The notes below the pieces were generated by a model. The model made no database searches. It saw only the letters and a list, made by a program, of their open reading frames with translations, and was not told where the DNA came from. Below, in pieces: positions 28,773 through 40,583 of a stretch of 64,000 nucleotides of DNA (position 1 is the stretch's first letter; each line of letters starts with the position of its first letter). The DNA lies in contig DASCPX010000059.1 in assembly GCA_036012755.1 (NCBI GenBank), positions 96,001-160,000 of the forward strand. The letters are read 5' to 3'. The DNA comes from Myxococcota bacterium (GTDB lineage Bacteria > Myxococcota_A > UBA796 > CAJQPC01). Made by a program: the position numbers and the translations under genes.

Positions 28773-31463
28773 ATGAAGCTCACCATCGACGGGACCGTGG
28801 TCGAGGCCGGCGAAGGCGAGACCGTGCTGACCTGCGCCGAGCGGCTTGGCATCGAGATCCCCACCCTCTGCAACGACCAGCGGCTCGAGCCCATGGGGGC
28901 CTGCCGCATGTGCCTCGTGGAGATCGAGGGACAGCGGCGGCTCCAGCCCAGCTGTGCCCTGTCCGCGAGCGAGGGCATGGTCGTCTCGACCGGCTCGGCC
29001 CGCGTCCAGCGTCACCGCCAGGTGCTCCTGTCGATGTACCTGGCCGACCACGAGCTCGACGAGGACGACCTTCCTCGGGAGCGGGGCACAGGCAACCGCC
29101 TGCGCGCTTTCGCCCTCCGACACGGGACGGGCCCCCGCCTCTCGACCCTCGACACACCGAGAGCCAGCCGGGCGGACGACAACCCATACGTGCACTTCGA
29201 CCCGGAAGCCTGCGTGCTCTGCAACCTCTGCGTGCGCTACTGCGACGAGGTCGAGGCCGTCAGCGCCATCACCCTGGCCGGACGGGGGGCGAACACCACC
29301 ATCGCGACCGCCGAGGGGGTCGGGCTGCTCGACACCAGCTGCGAGCTCTGCGGCGGCTGCATCGCGGTCTGCCCCACCGGCGCCATGACCGAGAAGCCCT
29401 CGCTCCAGAGCGACTGGCGGCAGGAGAGCAAGGTCCGCACTACCTGCGCCTACTGCGGGGTCGGCTGCCAGCTGGACCTGCACGTGCGCGAGGACCGGGT
29501 GGTGCGGGTGAGTCCGCCGGAGCCCGGGACCACGGTCAACGACGGCAACCTCTGCATCAAGGGCCGCTTCGCCACCGAGTTCATCCACCACCCGGACCGT
29601 CTCACCGTGCCCCTCGTGCGGGGTCGGGACGGCGAGCTCCACGAATCGACCTGGGAGGAGGCCCTGCGGGTCGCAGCCGAAGGCCTGCTCGGGGTGAAGG
29701 AGCGTAACGGCGCTGACAGCCTCGGGATCATCTCCAGCTCACGCTGCACGGGAGAGGAGAACTACCTCGCCCAGAAGCTCGCGCGCGCAGCATTCGGCAC
29801 GAACAATTGCCACCAGTGCGCGGCCACGTGACACGCCCCGACGGTCGCCGGTCTGGTGACGATGTTCGGCGCGGGGGCCATGACCAACTCCATCCCGGAG
29901 ATTCGTGACACAGAGCTGATGTTCGTCATCGGCTCCAACACGACGGAGGCCCACCCCGTCATCGCCATGGAGATGAAGCGGGCCGCCCGGGCCGGGGCGA
30001 GGCTGATCGTCGCCGATCCGCGGCGGATCTGGTTGGCCGAGATCGCCGATCTCCACCTGCAGCTGAAGCCCGGCACCGACGTGGCGCTGCTGACGGCGAT
30101 GGCCCACGTCATCATCCGGGAGGGGCTGCACGACGAGGCCTTCATCGCCGAGCACTGCGAAGGCTTCGAGCGTGTCGTCGAGGCCGTGGCCGAATGCACC
30201 CCCGAGTGGGCGAGCGGGATCACGAGCGTCCCGGCTGCCGACATCGAGACCGCCGCTCGCTGGTACGCGACCACGGATCGGGCAGGCATCTACTACACCC
30301 TCGGCGTCACCGAGCACACCCACGGGACCGACAACGTCTACGGCCTCGCCAACTTGGTGCTGATGACCGGCCACCTCGGCAAGCGCTCATGCGGCCTGAA
30401 CCCGCTGCGAGGCCAGAACAACGTGCAGGGCGCAAACGACGCCGGCGCCAGCCCGGTCTTCTACCCGGGCTACCAGCGCGTCAGCGACGCGGCGGCCCGC
30501 GAGAAGCTCGAGGCGGCCTGGGGCGTGTCGCTGCCGAGTGGCGCCGGGCTGAACCTCAACGTGATGATGAAGAAGCTGGGCACGGAGATCCACGGGCTCT
30601 ACGTCATCGGCGAGGACGTCGTGGTCTCCGAGCCCAACGCCGGACGCATCGAGGAGGGGCTCAACGCCCTCGAGTTCCTGGTGGTCCAGGACATCTTCCT
30701 CAACGAGACCGCCAGGTTCGCCGACGTCATCCTGCCCGCGGCTTGCTTCGCCGAGAAAGAGGGGGTCTTCACGAACTCGGACCGCCGGGTCCAGCGGGTG
30801 CGCAAGGCCGTCGAGCCCCCCGGAGAGGCCCGCCCCGACTGGCAGATCCTCTGCGAGCTCAGCACGACCGTCGGCTACCCGATGTCCTACTCCCACCCCC
30901 GCGAGATCTATGCGGAGATGGCCTCGCTGGCGCCGAAGTTCGCCGGCATCTCGCACGAGCGCATCGAGGCCGAGGGTGGGCTGCAGTGGCCCTGCGAGGC
31001 CCCTGACCAACCGGGCACGCCCACCCTCCATGGAGACGGCCCGATCCGCGGCCGCGGGCTCTTCCAGGCCATCGCCTATCGCCCCAGCGCGGAGCTCCCC
31101 GACGCCGAGTACGACCTGCTGTTGAGCACCGGACGCACGCTCTACCACTACAACTCGGCGACCCAGACCCGCCGTGGCGCTGGCTCCATGGCCAAGCAGC
31201 CCAGCAACTTCGTCGAGATGAACAAGCGTGACGCTCGGAAGCGGGGCCTGTCCGACGGCGAGGAGGTCCGGGTGACCAGCCGCCGCGGCGAGGTCACCGC
31301 CCGGGTCCTCTACAGCCCGCGCATGCGCCCTGGCTGCGTGTGGATGCCCCTGCACTTCCCGGAGGAGAACACGAACCGGCTCACGAACGACGCCGGTGAC
31401 GCGGTCACCCAGACCGCCGAGTACAAGGTCTGCGCGGTCAGGGTCGAGCCTGTCGCGAGCTGA
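28773..31463 (+). CDS. fdhF: Selenocysteine-containing formate dehydrogenase alpha subunit (Sec at TGA 29829-29831)
   Basis: ORFs 28773-29831 and 29856-31463 are in frame. Read-through gives CAAT-U-HAPTVAGL, comparable to E. coli FdhF CARV-U-HGPSVAGL. Also present are N-terminal Fe-S motifs, CAYCGVGC, LRGQNNVQG and a SECIS-like hairpin. Confidence 0.93.
29832..29860 (+). promoter_or_regulatory. Bacterial SECIS element of fdh
   Basis: Stem GTCGCC (29844-49), loop GGTCT, stem GGTGAC (29855-60), starting 12 nt after the TGA. Confidence 0.8.
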
Positions 31464-31515
31464 CGGATTGTCCGCGCAAATGACACGGCACGTGGTGGGT
31501 TTACGCTACTCGGAC

Positions 31516-31800
31516 TCAGCCGAGCCGGTCCCTCGCCTTGTCCGCCAGGGACGTCCAGCCCGCCTTCTCGGCGACGTCGAGGGCGCGTTCCCAGTCTTCT
31601 GTGGCCACAGCTACGTCCCATCGGGCCCGCAGCGCACGCCGGCGCCGCTCCAGCTCCCTCTCCCCGTGTCGCAGCAGGCCCCTGGCCAGCGCCGACGATG
31701 GCTGGGCCTCGAGCAGCTCCGCCGCTTGTTCGACGAGCTCCGACCAGGCTTGACGACGGAAGAGCTCCTGCAGTCTCGCCTCGTCGGACACCTCGGTCAT
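31516..31800 (-). CDS. Small helical (TPR-like) hypothetical protein
   Basis: GAGG SD and amphipathic helices. Lies downstream of sdhB. Confidence 0.5.
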   Translation of the reverse strand: MTEVSDEARLQELFRRQAWSELVEQAAELLEAQPSSALARGLLRHGERELERRRRALRARWDVAVATEDWERALDVAEKAGWTSLADKARDRLG

Positions 31801-31848
31801 GCGTTCCTCTATCTCGCGGGCGCCATCTGCCAGTGCTGCTCCGAGGAG

Positions 31849-32586
31849 CTACTTGCCCATCAGCTTCGCCACGACGAGGTCGCGGTTCATGCGGGCGATG
31901 TTGCCGAGGCTGATGCCCTTGGGGCACACCTCTGCGCACTCGCCGAAGTTGGTGCAGCCGCCGAAGCCCTCTGAGTCCATCTGGTCGACCATGTTCGCGG
32001 CCCGCTCCCAGCGCTCGATCTGCCCCTGTGGGAAGAGCCCGAGGTGGGTGATCTTGGCGGAGGTGAAGAGCATCGCCGAGGCGTTCGGGCAGGCCGCGAC
32101 GCAGCCGCCGCAGCCGATACAGGTCGCGGCGTCGAAGGCGGTGTCGGCGTCTTCCTTGTTCACTGGCAGGGCGTGGGCGTCGGGAGCCGAGCCGGTCCGG
32201 ACCGAGATGTAGCCGCCGGCCTCGATGATGCGGTCCAGCGCCTGGCGGTCGACCATCAGGTCCTTGAGCACCGGGAAGGCCTTCGCGCGGAAGGGCTCGA
32301 GGATGAGCTCGTCGCCCTCCTTGTAGCGGCGCATGTGGGTCTGGCAGACCGTGGTCTCCTTCTCCGGCCCGTGAGGCAGCCCGTCGACGACGAAGCCGCA
32401 GGTCCCGCAGATGCCCTCGCGGCAGTCGTGGTCGAAGGCGATGGGCTCCTTGCCGCTGGCCTCCAGGCCGTCGTTCACCACGTCGAGCATCTCGAGGAAG
32501 CTCATGTCCGGGGACGCGTCCACGTCGTAGGTCTCGAAGGACCCGGTGTCGGCGGTGCCTCGCCAGACGTGCAGCTTGAGCTTCAT
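31849..32586 (-). CDS. sdhB: Succinate dehydrogenase/fumarate reductase iron-sulfur subunit
   Basis: Motifs [21 protein letters not shown] and [12 protein letters not shown]. Confidence 0.96.
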   Translation of the reverse strand: MKLKLHVWRGTADTGSFETYDVDASPDMSFLEMLDVVNDGLEASGKEPIAFDHDCREGICGTCGFVVDGLPHGPEKETTVCQTHMRRYKEGDELILEPFRAKAFPVLKDLMVDRQALDRIIEAGGYISVRTGSAPDAHALPVNKEDADTAFDAATCIGCGGCVAACPNASAMLFTSAKITHLGLFPQGQIERWERAANMVDQMDSEGFGGCTNFGECAEVCPKGISLGNIARMNRDLVVAKLMGK

Positions 32587-32594
32587 GATCCGTC

Positions 32595-34526
32595 CTACTT
32601 GTAGCTGCGCTGGGTGAGCTTGACGTACTCGAACGACAGCGGCTCCGTGTGCATCTCGGGGGCCTGTCCGTCGCCCTTGAACTCCCACGCGGAGGCGTGG
32701 CTGAAGTCGTCGTCACGCCTCAGGGCTTCGCCCTCCTCGGTCTGCCACTCCTCTCGAAAGTGACCGCCGCAGGACTCGTCCCGGGTCAGGGCGTCCAGGG
32801 CGAATGTCTCGGCCAGCTCCATGAAGGAGTCAAGCCGCAGGGCCTTCTCGAGCGAGGGGTTGATGCCCCTGGCCGAGCCTGGCACCGAGACCCCCTCTCG
32901 GAACTCCTCCCGCAGGGCCGGGATGAGCTCCAGCGCCTGCTCGAGCCCCTCCTTGGTGCGAGCCATGCCGCAGTGGTTCCACATGATCAGACCGAGCCGG
33001 CGGTGGAAGTGGTCCACGGCGTGCTTGCCGACGCCCATCAGCCCCTCGATGCGGGCCTCGGTCGTAGCGACGGCGTCGGTGACCTCTGGAGCGTCCGGGC
33101 CGATCTCGCGCAGGTCGCGCCCGTCGGTCGCGATGTAGTTGCCGATGGTGTAGGGCAGGACGAAGTACCCATCCGCGAGACCCTGCATCAGCGCCGAGGC
33201 ACCCAGCCGGTTCGCGCCGTGGTCGGAGAAGTTCGCCTCGCCGATGACGTGCAGCCCGGGCAGGTTGCTCATCAGGTTGTAGTCCACCCAGAGCCCGCCC
33301 ATCGTGTAGTGGACCGCGGGGTAGATGCGCATCGGCGTGCTGTAGGGGTCCTCTCCGGTGATCTTGGCGTACATGTGGAAGAGGTTGCCGTAGCGGGCCT
33401 CGACCGCGTCCTTGCCGAGCCGAGCGATGGCGTCGGCGAAGTCGAGGTAGACCGCGCGGCGTTCGCCGTCGATCTCGTGACCGACACCGAGCCCGTCGTC
33501 GCAGACGTACTTGGCGTTCCGGGCCGCGACGTCCCGAGGCACGAGGTTGCCGAAGCTCGGGTAGCGCTCCTCGAGGTAGTAGTAGCGGTCGGCCTCGGCG
33601 ATGTCCTCTGGACGCTTGGTGACGTCTTCCTTGTTTCGAGGGACCCAGACGCGCCCGTCGTTCCGGAGGCTCTCGCTCATGAGCGTGAGCTTCGACTGGA
33701 AGGTCCCGTGGACCGGGATGCAGGTCGGGTGGATCTGCGTGTAGCAGGGGTTCGCGAAGAAGGCGCCCCGGCGATGGGCCTGCCAGCATGCGCCGACGTT
33801 GCAGCCCATCGCGTTGGTGGAGAGGAAGAAGACGTTGCCGTAGCCTCCGGTGGCGAGCACCACCGCGTCGGCGACGTGGCTCTTCAGCTCTCCGGTGACG
33901 AGGTCGCGGACCACGACGCCGCGAGCCTTGCCGTCGACCACGATGAGATCGAGCATCTCGGTGCGTGGGGAGAGCTTCACCTTGCCCGCGCGCACCTGCC
34001 GCGCGAGGGCTTGGTAGGCGCCCAGCAGCAGCTGCTGGCCGGTCTGACCGCGGGCATAGAAGGTGCGCGCGACCTGGGCGCCGCCGAAGGAGCGGTTGTC
34101 GAGCAGCCCGCCGTACTCGCGGGCGAAGGGCACGCCCTGGGCCACGGCCTGGTCGATGATGGCCGCCGAGACCTGGGCGAGCCGGTAGACGTTGGGCTCG
34201 CGGCTGCGGAAGTCGCCACCCTTGACGGTGTCGTAGAAGAGCCGCCAGACCGAGTCGCCGTCGTTCTGGTAGTTCTTCGCGGCGTTGATGCCCCCCTGTG
34301 CGGCGATGCTGTGGGCCCGACGCGAGCTGTCCTGGTAGCAGAAGGCCTGCACGTCGTAGCCGAGCTCGGCCATCGAGGCGGCGGCGCTGGCGCCCCCGAG
34401 ACCGGTGCCGACGACGATGACCGAGTGCTTGCGCTTGTTGGCCGGGTTCACCAGCTTCATCTGGAAGCGGTGGCGGTCCCAGGCGGTCTCGATGGGGCCG
34501 TTGGGGCAGTTTCCGTCGAGGATCAT
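32595..34526 (-). CDS. sdhA: Succinate dehydrogenase/fumarate reductase flavoprotein
   Basis: Motifs [16 protein letters not shown] (covalent FAD His), QIHPT, HYTMGG and HGANRLG. Confidence 0.97.
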   Translation of the reverse strand: MILDGNCPNGPIETAWDRHRFQMKLVNPANKRKHSVIVVGTGLGGASAAASMAELGYDVQAFCYQDSSRRAHSIAAQGGINAAKNYQNDGDSVWRLFYDTVKGGDFRSREPNVYRLAQVSAAIIDQAVAQGVPFAREYGGLLDNRSFGGAQVARTFYARGQTGQQLLLGAYQALARQVRAGKVKLSPRTEMLDLIVVDGKARGVVVRDLVTGELKSHVADAVVLATGGYGNVFFLSTNAMGCNVGACWQAHRRGAFFANPCYTQIHPTCIPVHGTFQSKLTLMSESLRNDGRVWVPRNKEDVTKRPEDIAEADRYYYLEERYPSFGNLVPRDVAARNAKYVCDDGLGVGHEIDGERRAVYLDFADAIARLGKDAVEARYGNLFHMYAKITGEDPYSTPMRIYPAVHYTMGGLWVDYNLMSNLPGLHVIGEANFSDHGANRLGASALMQGLADGYFVLPYTIGNYIATDGRDLREIGPDAPEVTDAVATTEARIEGLMGVGKHAVDHFHRRLGLIMWNHCGMARTKEGLEQALELIPALREEFREGVSVPGSARGINPSLEKALRLDSFMELAETFALDALTRDESCGGHFREEWQTEEGEALRRDDDFSHASAWEFKGDGQAPEMHTEPLSFEYVKLTQRSYK

Positions 34527-35233
34527 CGGACCATCTCCGCCACAGAGGACGACTGCGCGGGTACCAGGTCAGCGAGGATGCCGATCGGAACGCTGCTGAA
34601 GGCGAGGAAGAGCAACACGGCGAAGGCGCGGGCTGCTTGCCGCCTCAGGCCGTTGTAGTCGGGGTGGTTCGCGCCGAAGGTCTGGAGCATGGACCAGGCG
34701 CCATGGTCGACGTGCATGCACAGACAGACCACGGCGATGAGGTAGGTCACGACGACCGCCGGGTCGGAGAACCCGACGAGCACCATCCGGTATGCGTCGT
34801 GGGTGCCCTCGGCCGTCGTGTAGGCGGCGAACTCGGGGTTCGTCACGTGCGCTGTGTACTGGAGGACGTGGTAGACGACGAAGGCCAACAGCAGGATGCC
34901 GCCGTAGCGCATCGTCTTGGCGGCGTAGCTGCTGCTGGTGCTCTTCAGCTTCTTGTAGCCCTGGGGTCGGGCGCTGTTGTTCAGGCGGACCAGCTGGATG
35001 GCCGAGGCGATGTGCAGCGGGAAGGCCGCGAGCAGGGTCAGGCGCACTCCCCAGAGCAGGAGTGGGTTCGACTTGAGGCCCGCGGCGTAGTGGTTGAAGG
35101 CGTCTGGCCCCAGCCAGACCAGCATGTTGCCGGAGGCGTGGACGAGGACGAATCCGACGAGGATCAACCCGGTGACGGCCATGACGATCTTCTTCCCGAT
35201 AGTCGTAGCCCACAGGTTGGAGAACCAGCTCAT
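34523..35233 (-). CDS. sdhC: Succinate dehydrogenase cytochrome b subunit
   Basis: Contains [10 protein letters not shown] and five TM helices with His ligands. First gene of sdhCAB. Confidence 0.93.
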   Translation of the reverse strand: MSWFSNLWATTIGKKIVMAVTGLILVGFVLVHASGNMLVWLGPDAFNHYAAGLKSNPLLLWGVRLTLLAAFPLHIASAIQLVRLNNSARPQGYKKLKSTSSSYAAKTMRYGGILLLAFVVYHVLQYTAHVTNPEFAAYTTAEGTHDAYRMVLVGFSDPAVVVTYLIAVVCLCMHVDHGAWSMLQTFGANHPDYNGLRRQAARAFAVLLFLAFSSVPIGILADLVPAQSSSVAEMVR

Positions 35234-35275
35234 CACCGCTCCGAGATGGGAGGGGCCGTTAACCGATGACTGGTT

Positions 35276-35743
35276 CTAGGGCCGAATGCGGCCCTCGACG
35301 ACCTCGCCGGAGAGCCAGCCGTCGCCGACCTGGATCTCGAAGGCGAAGTCGATCAGTCCCTCGTCGAGATCGAGCCTGGCGACATGAACGAAGCCGCCAA
35401 GGACCTCGTCCGTCTCGCGGAGCACGACCTCGCCCGAGACCGCCGTGAGCTGTGTCGAGGCCATCGCGAAGCCGCACTCGCCCTCGAAGGTGCACTCGGA
35501 GCCCTGGTCGGGTTGGATGAGCTCGATGCCGACGTAGTCTCCGAAGAGCGACTCGCGGAGCTCGACGATGCCTCTCTCGAAGTGGCCTTCGTCGTCGAGG
35601 CGGATCGGCCCCTCCGCGGCGTCGGGGTCGAGGAGCTCGACCGCGAGGTCAGGGCTCTCGAATGTGGCCCAGGCGATGGGGCCGCTCTCGATGGGAGCCG
35701 CGGAGTCCTCCACGGCGGGGGCACAAGCCAGGAGCAGGAACAT
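35276..35743 (-). CDS. Hypothetical lipoprotein
   Basis: Starts MFLLLAC. Acidic, beta-rich sequence. Confidence 0.65.
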   Translation of the reverse strand: MFLLLACAPAVEDSAAPIESGPIAWATFESPDLAVELLDPDAAEGPIRLDDEGHFERGIVELRESLFGDYVGIELIQPDQGSECTFEGECGFAMASTQLTAVSGEVVLRETDEVLGGFVHVARLDLDEGLIDFAFEIQVGDGWLSGEVVEGRIRP

Positions 35744-35763
35744 ACGTTGTCCGACGGTGCCGA

Positions 35764-35781
35764 TGTAGTCAGGAGACTACA
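35764..35781. promoter_or_regulatory. Perfect 7-bp inverted repeat, possible operator or hairpin
   Basis: TGTAGTC-AGGA-GACTACA between divergent lipoprotein genes. Confidence 0.35.
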
Positions 35782-35867
35782 CAATTCTCCACATCCGGTT
35801 TGCAAAGCTGATGACAACCCGAGCGTCCGACGCGGTACCTTCTGGTAGGCACCGAAGAGATAACCCC

Positions 35868-36425
<558 letters not shown>

Positions 36426-36430
36426 TAGCC

Positions 36431-36754
36431 CTACATCAGGGAGTCGCGGCCGGAGTCCTCGTCGCTCGAGGAGCAGATGTCGCTGTCAGCGCCGGCGTCC
36501 TGGCACTCGTCTGCCTCGGCCAGGGTCGTCCGGCACTGCACCGTGTCCCCACTCAGCGCTCCCTCGAGCCCCGTGTGGTCGTACTCCGCACAGGTCGCCA
36601 GGCAGGTGCACTCGTCGACGTAGAGCTGGCCCTGGCAGACGTGCTCGGCGGCGTTGCAGTAGCGCACGCACTCCGAGGAACTCTCAGAAGGGCACTCCAG
36701 GGCCTGCTCCTCGGAGCCGAAGCCCCCGGAGCAGGCCACCATGACGAAGATCAC
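36431..36754 (-). CDS. Small Cys-rich lipoprotein
   Basis: GTG overlaps the upstream TGA. Reads MIFVMVAC, then C..YC.....C...Y...C...C and GDTVQCR. Confidence 0.7.
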   Translation of the reverse strand: MIFVMVACSGGFGSEEQALECPSESSSECVRYCNAAEHVCQGQLYVDECTCLATCAEYDHTGLEGALSGDTVQCRTTLAEADECQDAGADSDICSSSDEDSGRDSLM

Positions 36755-37272
36755 TGGGGCGCGCCGAAGCCGGGCGTCGCCGTGGCGTAGGCAGAGCCGA
36801 TGGCCCGGGCGGCCAGGCCGCTCGGCAGGACGTGCATGGTCTCCTCGCTTCGCCAGGCCGTCAGACCCACGGAGTTCTCTTCGAGCAGGTCGGCCCACGA
36901 CGAGGAGAGCTCGAAGTTGCCGTCGTCGTCGGTGTGACAGACCACTGCGGCGTTGCCGTCGTCGAAGTGCAGGAAGACACCCTCACCGTGATCCTCTGAG
37001 TCCCAGCTGATCCTGTCGCTGAGCGCGGTCATCGAGAGGCCCTCCATGGGCTCTGGCATCACCATCGCGTCACTGTCCTGGTAGCCGCTCACGCCGCCGC
37101 TGGCGCCGTAGACCTTGATCTTGTACGAGGTGTCGGCCTCGATGGGATCATCACTGTCGCCGTACCCGAGGTACCAGGTCCCGTCCTCCTCTTCGAGGTC
37201 GACCTTGGTGCCGCCTTTCTTGTAGCGCACCGCCCCTGCCTCCAAGACCGTCAGGTCGTCGTGTTCTCTCAC
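36751..37272 (-). CDS. Hypothetical protein, possibly lacking its N-terminus
   Basis: GC3-rich frame with a secreted-protein-like composition but no signal peptide. Confidence 0.6.
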   Translation of the reverse strand: MREHDDLTVLEAGAVRYKKGGTKVDLEEEDGTWYLGYGDSDDPIEADTSYKIKVYGASGGVSGYQDSDAMVMPEPMEGLSMTALSDRISWDSEDHGEGVFLHFDDGNAAVVCHTDDDGNFELSSSWADLLEENSVGLTAWRSEETMHVLPSGLAARAIGSAYATATPGFGAPQ

Positions 37273-37327
37273 GCGACGCTTACGTGTGACTCACCGTGAC
37301 TTGTGATGACCGAGATGTGGGCTGCGG

Positions 37328-37921
37328 TCACTCGTCGTCGAGGATCCAGACCTCCAGCCGCTCGCTGGCGTTGTAGACGGAGCCCTGCAGGTCCTCGAAG
37401 ACGACCAGGAAGGACTCGTCGCCCTCGATGTCTTCGTCGCCGCGCACGTCGACCTGGAACCGCTTCGACTGCACTCCCGGGTCGAGACTCAGGCACCCCT
37501 GAGCCGGGACGTAGTCGGTGTCGCCAGAGGCCTGCATGTCCTCTGTGTGGAACTGGAGCGACACCTTCTCGGGGTGCGGACGGCCCAGGCGGACCTCGAT
37601 GAGGAGCCCCTTGTGGCCAATGTCCCCCTCGGCCCAGCAGTCGTCGGTTTCGCAGACGACGTGGAAGGACACGCCGTCGTCGTCGATGATCTCCACCGCA
37701 ACGACCGCCTGGAGCACACCGTCTCTGGAGAGGACGACCTGGCCGGTCTCGTCGCCGAGGGTGAGCTCGTCGGCGTTGGGGCCCGACAGATCCACGCTCA
37801 TGTCGGGACAGTTCGTGGTGGTCGGCGGGATCCACGCCGTGGAGCCTTCGGCCAGGCCCAGCCGGGTGGAGCCAAGCGAGATGGAGCAAGGAAACACCTG
37901 GCTGATCAGGAGGTAGAACAC
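37328..37921 (-). CDS. Calx-beta domain protein
   Basis: VSLQFHTED..A....DY.P.QG.L...PG...K.F.V.V.GD...EGDESF.V matches the Calx-beta pattern. Confidence 0.75.
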   Translation of the reverse strand: MFYLLISQVFPCSISLGSTRLGLAEGSTAWIPPTTTNCPDMSVDLSGPNADELTLGDETGQVVLSRDGVLQAVVAVEIIDDDGVSFHVVCETDDCWAEGDIGHKGLLIEVRLGRPHPEKVSLQFHTEDMQASGDTDYVPAQGCLSLDPGVQSKRFQVDVRGDEDIEGDESFLVVFEDLQGSVYNASERLEVWILDDE

Positions 37922-37943
37922 CGCGCAAGCCTACCGGGGGAGC

Positions 37944-39806
37944 TCAGTCCGTGCAGAAAGGCCCGCTCCGGACGTAGTCGTTGTTGGACTCCGAGCACTC
38001 GGCGATGGCTCCGGTGCCGGTGCCGTCGTCGTCTGCGACGAGCACCAGCCCGTCCATCGAGGTGAGCTGATCGCTGTAGAGCTCGATCTCGAAGCCCTCT
38101 GTGGACCAGCCACTGGGGATCGCGTCGGTGGTCTCGATCGTCGACAGGGCGTAGCGGTAGGCGCCCGCCTCGCCGTAGAGCGTCATCTTCACGCCGGCGG
38201 CGATCTCCTCCGAGCCCTTGTTGTACAAGCGCACGACGACGTAGACCACGCCGGCGTCGCACTCGTCCTCGCAGATCTCGACGATCTCCGCTTCGAGGTC
38301 GTCGGTCAGCCCGTAGCCCTCTGTCGCGATCGCCGAGTGCCAGGTGTTCGTGTGCTGGAAGTTCGGGGTCGCGGTCTCGGGCACGGACAGATCGTCGTTG
38401 ATGTTGCTGATGCTGTAGGCGTGCTGGTTCCAGAGCTGACGCGCGGGTGGCCAGCTCTCGTCCTGGTCGCCGTAGACCGACATCATCGAGCTGTAGCCGT
38501 TGTGGCAGACGACGATCTCGGCCTGGTCGTCGGCGTCGACGTCGGCGATGACCGGGTAGTCGTACATCGTGCCGGAGGCATGGTCGGAGCTGTAGAACTC
38601 CTGAGCCCCGGTGATGCCGTCGTAGGCGGCCATCTCGATCTCGTCGATGTACACGACCTCTGGCTCGCCGTCGCCGTCGAAGTCGAAGACGCTGGCCCCG
38701 GTCGCGCCGCTCTCGTCCTTGACCGTGGCCCTCCACAAGAGCGAGCCATCGGCGTTCACGGCCCGCAGCTCGTTTCCGCCCGCCACCAGGATCTCCGGCT
38801 CGCCGTCGAGGTCGATGTCCGCGATCGCGGGCACGCTGAGGATGTTGCCGCTGGGGATGGTCTCCGGTCCCCAGATGATGGAGCCGTCTGTGTCGTGGAG
38901 CCGGTAGGTGTTGTTGCTGACGGCGACGAACTCGCCCTCTGGGTCGGAGTCGAAGTTCGCGACCGCGACCATGCCGTCGGACTGCGAAGCGTCCGACCAG
39001 ATCGCCTCGCCGTCGATCTCGTAGATCGCGTTGCCGACGATCACCTCCTCCTCGCCGTCGAGGTCGAGGTCGGAGACCGCGGCCATGGAGCCCTCGGACA
39101 TGATGTAGTCGCCGAAGCCGATGATGCCGAAGCTGCCGTGGCCGTACTCGCCGACGCCGCGAGTGCCGCCCGTGAGTCCGTCGAGGATGACGCGACCAGC
39201 GACGATCTCGGGGATGCCGTCGTGGTCCATGTCGCTGATGACCGGTGCGCCTGCGTAGTTGAAGTCCAGACCGATGAAGTGGTCCGACTCCCACAGCTCG
39301 TTGCCCTCGCCCGAGTACAACACCACCGTGTAGTCGCCGTCCGCGAACATGTTGGACTCGTACTCGCGGATGATGGCGATCTCGGGGAGCCCGTCGTCGT
39401 CGATGTCTCCGAGGGCGGGTGAGGCGCCGTAGCCCGCCTGGGCGTTCACGCTCCACAGGCTGCCCGAGCCGTCTCCGTGGAGGGCGTGCAGCGTGCCGGT
39501 GCCCATCACGAAGGACTCGTTCACGAGGATCTCGGGCATGCCGTCGCCGTCGAGGTCGCCGACCACCGGGAGTGCTGTGCAGCCGGTGCCGCTCTCTTCC
39601 CACTCGACGATGGGGGTGAAGCCACCCTCGTGGGGGACACAGGTGTCGGTCACGCCGACCTCGATCGCCTCTGCCCCGACGTCGCAGATCTCGCCTTCGG
39701 GATCGCTGGTGTCGTCTTCGCTCCAGCCCGAGTCGTCGGTGCCCCCGGGGACGTCGCCCTCTCCGTGTAGCTTGTAGTCCTGACACGCGAGACAGAGCAG
39801 CAGCAT
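37944..39806 (-). CDS. FG-GAP/VCBS repeat lipoprotein with a C-terminal CARDB-like domain
   Basis: GGAGG SD and MLLLCLAC. Multiple DxDGDGxPEI repeats, WNQHAY, and ECSESNN at the end. Confidence 0.88.
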   Translation of the reverse strand: MLLLCLACQDYKLHGEGDVPGGTDDSGWSEDDTSDPEGEICDVGAEAIEVGVTDTCVPHEGGFTPIVEWEESGTGCTALPVVGDLDGDGMPEILVNESFVMGTGTLHALHGDGSGSLWSVNAQAGYGASPALGDIDDDGLPEIAIIREYESNMFADGDYTVVLYSGEGNELWESDHFIGLDFNYAGAPVISDMDHDGIPEIVAGRVILDGLTGGTRGVGEYGHGSFGIIGFGDYIMSEGSMAAVSDLDLDGEEEVIVGNAIYEIDGEAIWSDASQSDGMVAVANFDSDPEGEFVAVSNNTYRLHDTDGSIIWGPETIPSGNILSVPAIADIDLDGEPEILVAGGNELRAVNADGSLLWRATVKDESGATGASVFDFDGDGEPEVVYIDEIEMAAYDGITGAQEFYSSDHASGTMYDYPVIADVDADDQAEIVVCHNGYSSMMSVYGDQDESWPPARQLWNQHAYSISNINDDLSVPETATPNFQHTNTWHSAIATEGYGLTDDLEAEIVEICEDECDAGVVYVVVRLYNKGSEEIAAGVKMTLYGEAGAYRYALSTIETTDAIPSGWSTEGFEIELYSDQLTSMDGLVLVADDDGTGTGAIAECSESNNDYVRSGPFCTD

Positions 39807-40000
39807 GGGGGTCCTCCGGTGCGCGCGGAACGTAGCCGCCCCCCGGAACCTCTGCTACGGACCACGAATGGTGATCCAGGAGGTCCAGATAGTCCAAATA
39901 CCGAGGATACCCGCACTCAAAGACAGGTTGAAAGCCGCATATGGCGTGATAGAAATGGGACATGGACTGTCGACACGGAATGCCCCTCGAGTCCGCGGGA

Positions 40001-40192
40001 ATGAAGCTCGTGACCTGTCAGCTGAAGCAGCGCGGCGGGATGGCCGAGCGCATCAAGATCAAGCAGATGGAGCCCAAGCCGGCCCGACGGCCAGTGGAGT
40101 GCACCTACGCCCAGATAGACGAGCAGCACTTCTGTCCGTGCTACTCGGCGGGCGTTGCCTCGAGGTCGAGCGGTCCGCGCTCGACGGCGTAG
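40001..40192 (+). CDS. Small hypothetical ORF or gene relic
   Basis: GC3-rich codons to about 40135. The tail overlaps the 3' end of the convergent rhodanese gene. Confidence 0.3.
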   Translation: MKLVTCQLKQRGGMAERIKIKQMEPKPARRPVECTYAQIDEQHFCPCYSAGVASRSSGPRSTA

Positions 40193-40521
40193 CCGGCGGC
40201 CACCCAGGCTGCGGTCCCGCCGGCGACGTTCGTCGCCGTGAACCCCTCCGCGCCGAGGAGCTCCGTCGCCTTCGCGCTGCGACCGCCCGAGTGGCAGATC
40301 ACGTGGACGGGCGTCTCCTTGTCGAGCTCGTCGAGTCGCTTGGGGAGCTGATCGAGGGGAATGTGCACGATGCCGGGCACGCGAACCTCGATGATCTCCT
40401 TTTCGGTCCGGACGTCGAGCAAGACGGCGATCTCTCCAGCCTCTCTCTTCGCCTGGAGGGTGGCGATGTCGATCTCGGCGATGTCGGCCGCGGCGGCGAC
40501 GGCGATGAGCCAGCTCAGCAT
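40141..40521 (-). CDS. Secreted rhodanese-domain protein
   Basis: Short signal MLSWLIAVAAAA, then LLDVR, HIPL, ICHSGGRS and NVAGG..AW. Confidence 0.9.
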   Translation of the reverse strand: MLSWLIAVAAAADIAEIDIATLQAKREAGEIAVLLDVRTEKEIIEVRVPGIVHIPLDQLPKRLDELDKETPVHVICHSGGRSAKATELLGAEGFTATNVAGGTAAWVAAGYAVERGPLDLEATPAE

Positions 40522-40583
40522 TGGGGACTCCACGTGGCGATTTCTTCATCGCCCGGCGGCCCCCGACCTGCCACTCTGGCCCC

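Noticed and set aside
29829..29856. fdh as a nonsense-mutated pseudogene or two separate genes
   Set aside because: The TGA is at the catalytic Sec/Cys position and is followed by a SECIS-like hairpin.
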